A DNA stretch of 61,769 nt, filler included. It is 6 parts of 6 records of this genome, joined end to end, with 100 filler letters (N's around TTAATTAATTAA, not from the genome) between each part and the next. Parts side by side here need not be neighbours in the genome. Positions count along the whole stretch, not along the records: positions 31,453 to 47,531 come from SRR31156797_15394; 5 more parts are not named here. The stretch is one strand, 5' to 3'. Each line of letters opens with the position of its first letter. Positions within the stretch are counted from its first letter, which is position 1. Below, piece by piece: positions 38,471 to 47,631 of this stretch. The translations under genes and the position numbers were made by a program. The notes below the pieces were generated by a model that searched no databases, was not told the DNA's origin, and was given only the letters and a program-made list of their open reading frames with translations.

Positions 38471-40399
38471 TCAAACTTTCCGGTGGGCTTCCACAAAGCG
38501 GCCCACCTGCTCCTGCAACATCTGGAAATGTTTGGGATTCCGTACATCGTTGTTTCGGCATAAATCACAAACTTTGCAGATGCCGGGCTTGTGCTGGGCT
38601 TCCCGCAGAAGATTCAAAACCGGGTGTTGCCAGAGTTTTAAAAAACCTTTTTCGTCCTGAAACCGGAAAGCGGTTCGCCTCGACAGGTCTGCGCTGGAAA
38701 GGGGGCCGATACACGGATAAATAAAATGGGTTTCATGGGGGGTGTGGCCGGTATTATTGGTGCTGCCGATGGCGGCATAACGCCATAGGAAATGACAGAA
38801 GCTTCCTTCGGGGTCGTCAAATTTCAAACCCGTTAGAAAACGCCCCAAGGGCCATTCATTGCTCTCGATTTGAGCAAAATCATAAAAACTTCTCGCCGGC
38901 ATTCCGAAAGATGATCCCGAACCGGAATCGGGTGCCGGAATTTCCAGTGTAACCCGGTTTTGTTCAGCAGCTTTGACGGTTTTCTCATAGAGAGGTTCGT
39001 ATAGAGCCATACAGGCTGCAAGGGTATGGTCCGGTCCGAACTTTGCGGGGTCATGGGAGCTCAGTGCGAAAAAGGGGAAAATGGTCAGTCGGTCTATGCC
39101 CAGTCGACGGCAAAGTTCAGGCATCCTGGGCAGGTCGGATAGGTTCTCACGGTTCAGCACCATGGAGCCCATGGTCAGGGGCATTAGATTCCTGTGTTCT
39201 CTTTTGGCTGAATGAAGGCGGGACAGATTCCGGCAAATCCGGTCAAATCCGTCCATGTGGCATTGTACCGCATATGATTCGGAAGACGCGGCATTCAGGG
39301 ATATGTTAATCCAGTTCACATTTCCCACAATGGCATCCAGCAATCCGTTTCGGTTCAAAGCGATGCCGTTGGTGAAAAAGCCCATTTGAAGGTGTGGAAA
39401 AGTTTTTGAAATGAAACGGATGATTTCGGACAAGTGGGGATTGAAGGAAGGTTCACCCAGTCCGCTTGAGAGACGGAGCGTCTGTGCATGGCGAAGATAG
39501 GTCATCTTTTCAATCTGTTCAGGCAGAACGCAATGGGGTCTGGCGATGCTTGGTTCATAACCGCAGAACCGACAGTTGATATTGCATTTACCCATGGTGG
39601 AAAGATGGATCTCGGGTGGAAAGGCTTGCGGAAAGGTCGAACCTTTGCGATATTCGATTTCATTGACCATTGCGTTAAATACCCATGGGACGGCGGACCG
39701 GTCCCTCTGTTTCAACAGTGCGTGGGTCATATCATGGGCCCCTTCACACCCGGCGCTTTCGGCGACGGGTTTGGAGATAATTTCCATGAAGGCCGTGTTC
39801 AGAAAGCGGGGATCGAAAGCGGTTGGTCGGCGTTTGGCGGTGGGAATATTTTCCATTGCCGGTGAATGATCCATGCCGGCGGCATTGGGTGTGATAAAAT
39901 CATTCCCGAAGCTGTGGGATTGCCCGGGATCGGTCCGGGAAAGGCTTTCGTCCGAGCAGTCGGTCAGCCGCAACAAAGCCCCGCCAAGCCGGTCAAGGGG
40001 AGGGACCATGCCGGTTTTTCGCAGGAAACCTTTAACACGGAATGCCATGGCATGAACGGAGTTGCTGCCGGCCTGTCCGGACCAGGCCCATTGGCCCTGT
40101 CCGGCACTTTTAATCAGTTGCTCAATGGGAGGCGCGTCCGAGACCAGAAACCCCACATTCATGAACAGGTGGGTTCCCCGTTGATAAAAAACGCCGGTGT
40201 TCAAGGGCTTTCCCGTATGGAGATGGATACATTCTCCGGAGCGCCTGATGACCCCGATCGGCTGTACCGGCAGACGGACAAAGCCTTCCGCCTGCCGGAT
40301 GGCGGCGGCCACCAGTTGGCGGGAGCAAGATGACAATTGATGAGGCCCGTACCCGTGAGATACGGGAATCACAAGGTAGTATTTCAGTCTGCAGAACAT
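38471..40399 (-). CDS. Radical SAM protein with long N-terminal extension and SPASM-like C-terminus
   Basis: CNINCRFC, GLGEP, FTNG; C-terminal FCHFLW...YPC...CKVCDLC; start position uncertain. Confidence 0.8.
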   Translation of the reverse strand: MFCRLKYYLVIPVSHGYGPHQLSSCSRQLVAAAIRQAEGFVRLPVQPIGVIRRSGECIHLHTGKPLNTGVFYQRGTHLFMNVGFLVSDAPPIEQLIKSAGQGQWAWSGQAGSNSVHAMAFRVKGFLRKTGMVPPLDRLGGALLRLTDCSDESLSRTDPGQSHSFGNDFITPNAAGMDHSPAMENIPTAKRRPTAFDPRFLNTAFMEIISKPVAESAGCEGAHDMTHALLKQRDRSAVPWVFNAMVNEIEYRKGSTFPQAFPPEIHLSTMGKCNINCRFCGYEPSIARPHCVLPEQIEKMTYLRHAQTLRLSSGLGEPSFNPHLSEIIRFISKTFPHLQMGFFTNGIALNRNGLLDAIVGNVNWINISLNAASSESYAVQCHMDGFDRICRNLSRLHSAKREHRNLMPLTMGSMVLNRENLSDLPRMPELCRRLGIDRLTIFPFFALSSHDPAKFGPDHTLAACMALYEPLYEKTVKAAEQNRVTLEIPAPDSGSGSSFGMPARSFYDFAQIESNEWPLGRFLTGLKFDDPEGSFCHFLWRYAAIGSTNNTGHTPHETHFIYPCIGPLSSADLSRRTAFRFQDEKGFLKLWQHPVLNLLREAQHKPGICKVCDLCRNNDVRNPKHFQMLQEQVGRFVEAHRKV

Positions 40400-40532
40400 T
40401 TGCGCACCTGGGGGTTATTATTTTATGGAAGGGCTTCGGGATGGCCGTTCAATCTATTCTGCGCTTCTTTGTTCCGTTTGTAAATGTTGATTTTGCCGGA
40501 AGCGGCACATTAAGATGAAAGGGAGGGGAAAA

Positions 40533-42185
40533 ATGAAATTTAATGAAATCGACAGGCTTTCTTGTGATGTGCTGGTGATCGGCGGTGGCGGCGCCGGTCT
40601 GAGGGCGGCCATTGAAGCGAGACATGCGGGCGCCGACGTGCTCCTGGTTTCGAAAGCAAAGGTGGGATACGCCAATAACACCTATATTGCCAAGGCGATT
40701 ATAGCCGCTTCCGGATGGGGCGATCCGCGTGACGGGGGGCGGGTTCACCTGGAGGATACGGTTAAGGGCGGACGTTTTTTAAATGATCCGGAACTGGTAA
40801 TGGCCATGGTGGAGGAGGCAAAAGCCGAGATATCCTTTCTGGAAAAATGCGGAGTGGCTTTTGCAAAAAAAGAGGGGTGTTTCGAAACCGAGCATATCGC
40901 CGGGCACCGTTTTCCCAGACACGTTCGAGGTCAACATCGAACCGGAAGCGATCTGATCCTGCCGTTAAAGCGGTATGCGGAAAAGATCGGTGTAAGATTT
41001 GTCCATCGGGTCTTTATCACCCGTCTTTTTTCGTCCGGCGATCGCGTTGCAGCGGCTTCAGGGGTTTCCCATGATGGACGATTCCTGGTTTTCAGAGCCG
41101 GGAGTGTGATTCTGGCCACCGGCGGTTTCGGACAGGTGTATCTGCATACAAACAATGCCGCGGGAATTACCGGTGACGGCCAGGCCCTGGCACTTCATTT
41201 AGGCCTTCCACTAAAAGACATGGAGTTTGTTCAATTTTATCCCACGGCCACGGGCAGGTTGGGGAATCGGCTCATTCTTTCCGAGATCCTGGTTATGGTT
41301 GAAGGCGCACGCCTCAAGAACAGCGTGGGCGAAGATATTGTTTTGAAGCACGGATTCAAAGATCCCATGCAACTGACGCGGGACCGACTGGCCCAGGCCA
41401 TCATGCGTGAGCTTCTGGCGGGTCATGACGTGGATGGCGGGGTTATTATGGATCTCAGCCCCATTGCTGAAGAAAGATTGGCCCCATTGGCTTCTCTGCT
41501 GCCGTCCACATGGCATACCGATCAGAAAACCCTGATCGTCTCCCCCACGACCCATTTCTGCATGGGCGGTATCATGATTGATAAAAATGCGGAAACACCC
41601 CTTGCGGGCCTTTTTGCCGCGGGAGAGACAACCGCGGGTCTCCATGGTGCAAACCGCCTGGGGGGCAACGCCCTGTGCGAGGTTTTTACTTTTGGGGGCA
41701 TTGCGGGAAAAAAGGCTGCCGCCGGGGCGGAAGAGATGGGGCCTGTGAAAGCACCCGGTGAAATGATCGAACATGAAAAAGTCCGTTTGGAGTCCAGGTT
41801 CAGAGGAAATGGATCAGATTCAAATGTTTTAGGGAAATCCCTCAAGGAGATTATGTGGTTTAAGGCCGGTATTCTACGTGACCCGGAAGGTCTTAGCGAG
41901 GCCCTTGATGCAATTTCGCATATCCGGTCTGAAGCTGTGGACGCACCCATAGGGAAAATTTCCGATCTTATCCGATGGCTTGAGCTTGAAAATATGCTGC
42001 TCCTCTCGGAAACGGTTTGCCGGGCGGCCTTATTGCGGACCGAGAGCAGGGGATCGCACTACCGCACCGATTACCCGGAGGAGGATAATGCTCACTGGCT
42101 CAATAATATCGTGGCCAGGAAGGAGGAAACCGGAATCACCCTTGAGATGGTCCCCAATCTGAAATCCATATCTTTGGTGAAATAG
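40533..42185 (+). CDS. Stand-alone SdhA/FrdA/NadB-family flavoprotein
   Basis: GGGGAG, LATGG, TGDG, MEFVQFYPT, HFCMGG, GLHGANRLGGNAL, RTESRGSHYRTDYP. Confidence 0.88.
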   Translation: MKFNEIDRLSCDVLVIGGGGAGLRAAIEARHAGADVLLVSKAKVGYANNTYIAKAIIAASGWGDPRDGGRVHLEDTVKGGRFLNDPELVMAMVEEAKAEISFLEKCGVAFAKKEGCFETEHIAGHRFPRHVRGQHRTGSDLILPLKRYAEKIGVRFVHRVFITRLFSSGDRVAAASGVSHDGRFLVFRAGSVILATGGFGQVYLHTNNAAGITGDGQALALHLGLPLKDMEFVQFYPTATGRLGNRLILSEILVMVEGARLKNSVGEDIVLKHGFKDPMQLTRDRLAQAIMRELLAGHDVDGGVIMDLSPIAEERLAPLASLLPSTWHTDQKTLIVSPTTHFCMGGIMIDKNAETPLAGLFAAGETTAGLHGANRLGGNALCEVFTFGGIAGKKAAAGAEEMGPVKAPGEMIEHEKVRLESRFRGNGSDSNVLGKSLKEIMWFKAGILRDPEGLSEALDAISHIRSEAVDAPIGKISDLIRWLELENMLLLSETVCRAALLRTESRGSHYRTDYPEEDNAHWLNNIVARKEETGITLEMVPNLKSISLVK

Positions 42186-42200
42186 CCCCCCCTCACTAAT

Positions 42201-42704
42201 TTAAAGGAAGGGCATCTCCTTCAGTTTTTTCTCCCAGAAAGCCTTGTCCTTCTCTCGCCAATTGGGCCCCGTGAAATGGGAATCGTAGTAGCCGCCGAGC
42301 CTTTCAAGGCATTTAAGCCAGACATTTTTCTTCTTCTCCCCCGCTTCGATGATATCCGCCACGAATAGATCTATGTTTTCGATTTCGTCCTTGGGTGCGT
42401 AGTAAGACGCCCCTTTTTCCGCGGATTGTTTCAGATTTTTCTCGGAAAGCGCATGGGCCGTGAGCATCAGGGCCGGGATTTTCCGTTGGTTGGCGATTTC
42501 CAGAAGATTAAAGCCGTCTACTCCCATGATATCCAGAATCGCCACATCATATTCGTTTTCTTCCATCAACCGCTTCCCCTCATCGAAGGACCGGGCCGTA
42601 TCGATTCGGCAGATATCCAGGAGTTCCACCAGAATATCAAGCACATCCTGCTCATCGTCTACGATGAGAATCTGTTTTCTCTCAATGGTTTTTTTAATAT
42701 CCAT
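42201..42704 (-). CDS. Receiver-domain response regulator with short C-terminal extension (start re-set to 42704)
   Basis: ILIVDDE, ILDIMG, MLTAH, APK. Confidence 0.85.
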   Translation of the reverse strand: MDIKKTIERKQILIVDDEQDVLDILVELLDICRIDTARSFDEGKRLMEENEYDVAILDIMGVDGFNLLEIANQRKIPALMLTAHALSEKNLKQSAEKGASYYAPKDEIENIDLFVADIIEAGEKKKNVWLKCLERLGGYYDSHFTGPNWREKDKAFWEKKLKEMPFL

Positions 42705-42863
42705 TTTCCCTTTGTCTCCTTTCCGTCCAAAGTATTGTGAATGCCGATCAACTTTTGAAGGATATGGACAGCATGCAATTAAAATTATCTCCGCTCGAAC
42801 CGTACAATTTCGGCTGCTGTTAGTCAAGAATAGTATCCATGGAATTGTTAAGGAGATAAAGGC

Positions 42864-42893
42864 TTGACAAAAACCGCAGACTCTCCCTACCAT
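42864..42893 (+). promoter_or_regulatory. Putative sigma70 promoter of hgcAB
   Basis: TTGACA-N18-TACCAT about 100 nt upstream of ATG 42997. Confidence 0.5.
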
Positions 42894-42996
42894 ATTGAAA
42901 ACCGATGGAGCAGCGAAAAAACCCGGATATCCGAAACTCTTACCATAAATGATATCAATACCATGGCATGTCCGAGCAAGGGAGGAGCCTTTAAAT

Positions 42997-44154
42997 ATGA
43001 ATCAAGATACCTTTGTAATGCTCAAAACAGTCGATTCCGAACCCGTTCAATCCGCTACAACGGCTTGCTGACCCAAGGGTGGAAAGGCTCAGTTGAGCCC
43101 GCCCTGTATGGACCAGCCATTTGTTGTAGGTTCCCTTGAGAGCAAGGTGGGGCGTGTCCCCCGGGTTTCTTCCGCCTTAACGTGGGATGATCGCTTCGGA
43201 AGCATCAAGGCCCGGTGGGGGGTGGGCCGCATGCAGTTCACCGTTGATCCCGGATTGTATGTTCTCGGAAATCCCCATGACGGGAGCCGGGTATTTGTGA
43301 CCGCTAATTATAAGATGAGTTTTGACCGGTTACGTGAGGCGCTCACGGGCCGTGATGCATGGATACTGGTACTGAACACCAACGGCATCAATGTCTGGTG
43401 TGCCGCGGGAAAGAAAACATTCGGCACGGATGAACTGGTCAGCCGTATTGCGTCCAGTGGTTTGGCGCGGATCGTGACCCATCGGGAATTGATTCTGCCC
43501 CAATTGTCAGGGCCGGGGATTGCGGCTCACCGGGTAAAAAAGCTTTCCGGCTTTAAGGTCATTTATGGTCCCATCGAGTCAACCCATCTGCCGCTCTTTA
43601 TGGATGCAGGATGTAAGGCAACACCAAAGATGCGGAAAAAAACCTTTGCCATAAGGGAAAGAACGGTATTGATTCCGGTCGAGCTGGTGGGCACCCTCAA
43701 ATGGAGCCTTCTCATATTGCCATGCCTCTTTTTATTGGGAGGTTTGGCAGGAGATGGCGGATTCCGGGCCGGAACCATGCATTACGGCCTTTTTGCAGTG
43801 GTTGCTTTTCTTTGCGCCATCGCATCGGGCGCGGTTCTGACACCCATTTTGCTGCCTTGGTTGCCGGGGCGGGCTTTCTCCTTCAAGGGTCTGGTCATGG
43901 GGATCATAACGGCCGTATGGGTCGCGGCTTTTTGGCCGGGTGATTTCAATGAATGGGCGGGCCGGGCGGAAATTTTCGCATGGTTTTTTCTGATTCCGGC
44001 CATTTCGTCTTATCTGGCCATGAATTTTACCGGTGCCTCCACCTATACCTCCCTTTCGGGGGTCAGAAAAGAGATGGAGTGGGCGCTGCCCCTGGAAATT
44101 GTCGGTGGCGGCATCGGTTTGATTTTATGGGTGCTTTCGCTTATTGTGAATTAA
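42997..44154 (+). CDS. hgcA: Mercury methylation corrinoid protein HgcA, probably 385 aa with selenocysteine at codon 25 (TGA 43069-43071)
   Basis: Cap helix NVWCAAGK, TANYKMSFD, C-terminal TM domain with NFTGASTYTSLSGV; GGAGGA RBS before in-frame ATG 42997. Gene identity is secure; the extended start is less certain. Confidence 0.95.
43077..43104 (+). promoter_or_regulatory. Putative bacterial SECIS element
   Basis: GGGTG-gaaa-GGCTC-AGTT-GAGCC-CGCCC hairpin; apical loop begins 19 nt after the TGA and has G at loop position 2. Confidence 0.75.
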
Positions 44155-44166
44155 GGGGTTTGTGAA

Positions 44167-44496
44167 ATGGAAAAATTCGTGTATCTAGCGGGTGTGACGA
44201 CCTTAGCCCTCGACGAGGAGAAATGTGTCGGATGCGGCATGTGCCTGACAGTTTGTCCCCAGGCGGTTCTTGCCATGAATAACGGGCATGCCAGGATCGA
44301 AAACCGGGACCGGTGCATGGAGTGCGGGGCCTGTTCCCAAAACTGTCCCACGGAGGCCGTGACCGTTCAGGCGGGGGTTGGGTGTGCCGCGGCTGTTATT
44401 AATTCGGCTTTGGGCCGCGACGGATCATCTTGTTGCTGCGTCATTGAAACCGATGACGGTGCAGGGGGTGGGAATGGCGGTTCCGGGTGCTGTTAA
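44167..44496 (+). CDS. hgcB: Mercury methylation ferredoxin HgcB
   Basis: CVGCGMCLTVCP, CMECGACSQNCP, GVGCA, C-terminal cysteines; directly downstream of hgcA. Confidence 0.95.
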   Translation: MEKFVYLAGVTTLALDEEKCVGCGMCLTVCPQAVLAMNNGHARIENRDRCMECGACSQNCPTEAVTVQAGVGCAAAVINSALGRDGSSCCCVIETDDGAGGGNGGSGCC

Positions 44497-47474
44497 GTAT
44501 TGGATTCAAGGTGAGGGATTGCCAGCAACTCAATGAGCTCCTCTCTGCTGAAGCTTTTCATGACGGCAGGATCGCTTTCCTCAATGACGCTGTCCATCAG
44601 GTTTCGTTTTTTTAAAATAAGGGCGGCGATTTTTTCCTCCAGGGTCCCTTCCGTTACCAGTTTGAAGACCTGTACGCCCCTTTTCTGGCCGATCCGGTGC
44701 ACGCGATCGGTGGCCTGATCCTCTTTTGCGGCATTCCACCAGCGATCGTAGTGGATGACCACAGAGGCCGACACCAGGTCGATGCCCACCCCTCCGGCCT
44801 TAAGGCTGCCCACGAATACGCGACAGTCGGGATCATGGTTGAACCGTTGAATGATTTTTTCCCGTTTTACGGTTTTTCCGGTAAGGGATACGAAATCAAT
44901 TCCCGTTTCGGTGAGGTACTTTTCCATGATGCTGATCATGCCCAGGAACTGGCTGTAAATTACCACCTTCTGGCCGCTTTGGAGGCTTTCTTCAAGGAGT
45001 TCCCGGAATAAATCCCATTTTCCGGATTGAAGACTTTGGTAATCGTCTATTTTGCCTTGCACCAGGGTCGGGTGGTTGCAAATCTGTTTCAGCAGGTTGA
45101 GGAGGGAAAAGATGTGGATATAGGGGATGGTTTTTTTTTCCTGCCTCAGGTTTTCAAGGAGTTCATTCCCTTTGTGGGAAACCGCGTCACGATAGAGTTT
45201 CACCTGATCTTCCGAAAGGGTGCAGGTCCGGATATCTTCGATTTTAGGCGGAAGGTCATTCAATACGCTTTCTTTTTTGCGACGTAGGGTAAAGGGTGAA
45301 ATAAGGTTGGAAAGCTGCCCCTTCCTTTCTTCATCTTTTTGGTTTTCAATGGGTTTCACATAGCGGTTTTCAAAATCCGTATCCTTTCCCATGTATCCGG
45401 GCAGGGCCAGGTCCATGAGGGCTTTCAGTTCTCCCAGGCGGTTTTCGATGGGGGTTCCGGTAAGCCCCAGTTTCATGCGGGCATGGATCCTTTTGGCGGA
45501 CTGATAGAGTTGCGTCTGCGTGTTTTTCAGGTTCTGTATTTCATCAAACACCGCCACCGAAAAATTCAATGTTTCCAATGATGCGATATCGCGCCTGAGG
45601 ATGCCGTAGGAGGTCAGGAGGAGGGGATGGCCGCTCAGGGCCCCGTCCAGGTCCCTTTGTTTTCCATGATAGATGATGGGATCGAGGGCCGGGGCATATC
45701 GGCGGACGATATGATTCCAATGGCTTAAAACCGTTGTGGGGCATACCACGAGAAAAGGTTCAGGGGCGGTTTCCCGTTCCATCAACCCCGCCATGAAGGC
45801 CATGACTTCGTGTGTTTTCCCGAGGCCCATGTCGTCACAGAGCAGACCGCCAAAACCGTTTTCATATAAAAAATGGATCCATTCCACCCCCGCTTCCTGA
45901 TAGTTTCGCAGGATCGAAAAGAGCCCCGCCGGATTATGAAAAGGTATGGCCGGCTTGAGGGCGAGCATCTTTTTGAGCAGACCGGCCGATTCGTCCCGGC
46001 CTTCAATCTCCAGAGGTTTACGGTTCCGGGTCTGCAGGCGGAAAAGGTCCAGGCGGGAGATCCGGACACTGTCCACCGGGCCTGAATGATTTTCGGTTCG
46101 AATATCCTCCGCCATGTCTTCGAGCCCCTGAAACGCTTCCGAAGCACAATCGATCCAGCCGGCCTCGCTACGGATATACCGTTGTCCGGCATTACGGGTG
46201 TTCAGTATTTCAGCGAGAGAAATCTTTTGGTTTCCGAAACCGTAATGGACGGAAAGCCAGTACCAGTTGCGGTCCATGGCTTCGGGCATGATTTCCATGC
46301 GATCAAATTGTTTCAGTATCTGAAGGTCTTTGACGGTTTCATCCACCACGAATGGACCGTCTTTGAGATCGTCTTCATATTCCTCCAGAAATATGGGCAC
46401 CTGGGATTTCTTGAGGACCATTTTTACCGGGGCCTGGAATTTTCTGGGTTGTTCCGACATTTCCAACTGTGCCATGATCCCCATTTCTTTGATATAGACC
46501 AACGATCCGTAGGTAAATTTTTTGAGGTCTTTGTTTTCAAAAAACTTTTCTTCCCCGTTTTCCTGGATCAACCGGATCTGTGGTCTTATTTCCAGGTCCA
46601 GTTCCGTATTTTGGGTGATCTTAAAAATGGACTTCAAGGGGATGGGATGAATGGCCAGAGCATGCTGATTGGGTAGATGGTCCTGCAAGGTTGAAAGCAG
46701 GTTTTTGACATTGTTTCGGGGGATGAACAATCGGATCAGAGGTTTGCCGTCAGGTGAGAGGCAGGAAACCGTGAAAGTTCCGGTTTTTTTCGAAATGGCC
46801 GGTTTAAAGGTGCACCGGTTTTGTTCAGGACCAACCTCCCCGAATTCCCGGTGGCAGTGGTAGGCACATTTGAACCAGAAACTTTCCTCAAGGACCTGTT
46901 TTCGGGTTTTAAATCCTTGAGCGTTCATGTTCTTTTCATTGTCGGTGCGCGTGATGTCGGAAAGACGTGATAGGGCCCATCCACGGTGTGGAATGATTTC
47001 ATCGGGAATGGTTGATGTACAGCGTTCCACAAAACGGACCCGATCGGTGTGGTCTGAAAAATAGTGCAGCAGGATTTGGCCGTCTGAATCCGTGACCTTG
47101 AGAAAATGTCGATTACCGCTTTTCCGGGTTCGAAAGTGCACCGTCCCCCGGACCCCACCGGATGATTCCCTCAGGGTTACCGCCAGGCGATACCAGATGC
47201 CGGCGCGAAAGCGATCTTCAAAAGACCTTTGACCGGATTTATGCTTCATGGCCTTGAAGTCCTTTGTGAGTTGTTTCAGGTGTGGACAGGTCCTTTTGTC
47301 GGACAGGGTGCAGGTGCAGAAACGCTGGGTGAGTTGGAAATCATCTCCCGGAACGAAAAACGCAACCCCCGGCCGTTTATCCAAAGGTTCCGGCATCAGG
47401 GCCACACCTTGACGAAAGAATTCAATTTGATGAATGTGGGGTTCCGCAAAGTCTTGAGTCGTTTTATTTTTCAT
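44493..47474 (-). CDS. SWIM-finger SNF2-family helicase
   Basis: CTC...CPH SWIM-like; DDMGLGKT, DEIQ, TGTPIEN, QATDRVHRIGQ. Confidence 0.92.
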   Translation of the reverse strand: MKNKTTQDFAEPHIHQIEFFRQGVALMPEPLDKRPGVAFFVPGDDFQLTQRFCTCTLSDKRTCPHLKQLTKDFKAMKHKSGQRSFEDRFRAGIWYRLAVTLRESSGGVRGTVHFRTRKSGNRHFLKVTDSDGQILLHYFSDHTDRVRFVERCTSTIPDEIIPHRGWALSRLSDITRTDNEKNMNAQGFKTRKQVLEESFWFKCAYHCHREFGEVGPEQNRCTFKPAISKKTGTFTVSCLSPDGKPLIRLFIPRNNVKNLLSTLQDHLPNQHALAIHPIPLKSIFKITQNTELDLEIRPQIRLIQENGEEKFFENKDLKKFTYGSLVYIKEMGIMAQLEMSEQPRKFQAPVKMVLKKSQVPIFLEEYEDDLKDGPFVVDETVKDLQILKQFDRMEIMPEAMDRNWYWLSVHYGFGNQKISLAEILNTRNAGQRYIRSEAGWIDCASEAFQGLEDMAEDIRTENHSGPVDSVRISRLDLFRLQTRNRKPLEIEGRDESAGLLKKMLALKPAIPFHNPAGLFSILRNYQEAGVEWIHFLYENGFGGLLCDDMGLGKTHEVMAFMAGLMERETAPEPFLVVCPTTVLSHWNHIVRRYAPALDPIIYHGKQRDLDGALSGHPLLLTSYGILRRDIASLETLNFSVAVFDEIQNLKNTQTQLYQSAKRIHARMKLGLTGTPIENRLGELKALMDLALPGYMGKDTDFENRYVKPIENQKDEERKGQLSNLISPFTLRRKKESVLNDLPPKIEDIRTCTLSEDQVKLYRDAVSHKGNELLENLRQEKKTIPYIHIFSLLNLLKQICNHPTLVQGKIDDYQSLQSGKWDLFRELLEESLQSGQKVVIYSQFLGMISIMEKYLTETGIDFVSLTGKTVKREKIIQRFNHDPDCRVFVGSLKAGGVGIDLVSASVVIHYDRWWNAAKEDQATDRVHRIGQKRGVQVFKLVTEGTLEEKIAALILKKRNLMDSVIEESDPAVMKSFSREELIELLAIPHLESNT

Positions 47475-47531
47475 TAATGGGTTTCTCGCATCAATTTTTT
47501 TTCAATGTGTGATCGTAATCCTATTGTTGAT

Positions 47532-47631
47532 NNNNNNNNNNNNNNNNNNNNNNNNNNNNNNNNNNNNNNNNNNNNTTAATTAATTAANNNNNNNNNNNNN
47601 NNNNNNNNNNNNNNNNNNNNNNNNNNNNNNN
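47532..47631. other. Artificial contig spacer
   Basis: N run with TTAATTAATTAA. Confidence 0.98.

Noticed and set aside
43069-43071. hgcA pseudogene or separate upstream peptide
   Set aside because: The rest of hgcA and hgcB are intact, and the Cys-TGA context with a SECIS-like hairpin is better explained by Sec recoding.
44493-47474. SNF2 helicase as an anti-phage defence system
   Set aside because: Solitary SWIM-SNF2 with no nuclease, methylase or other defence partner in view.
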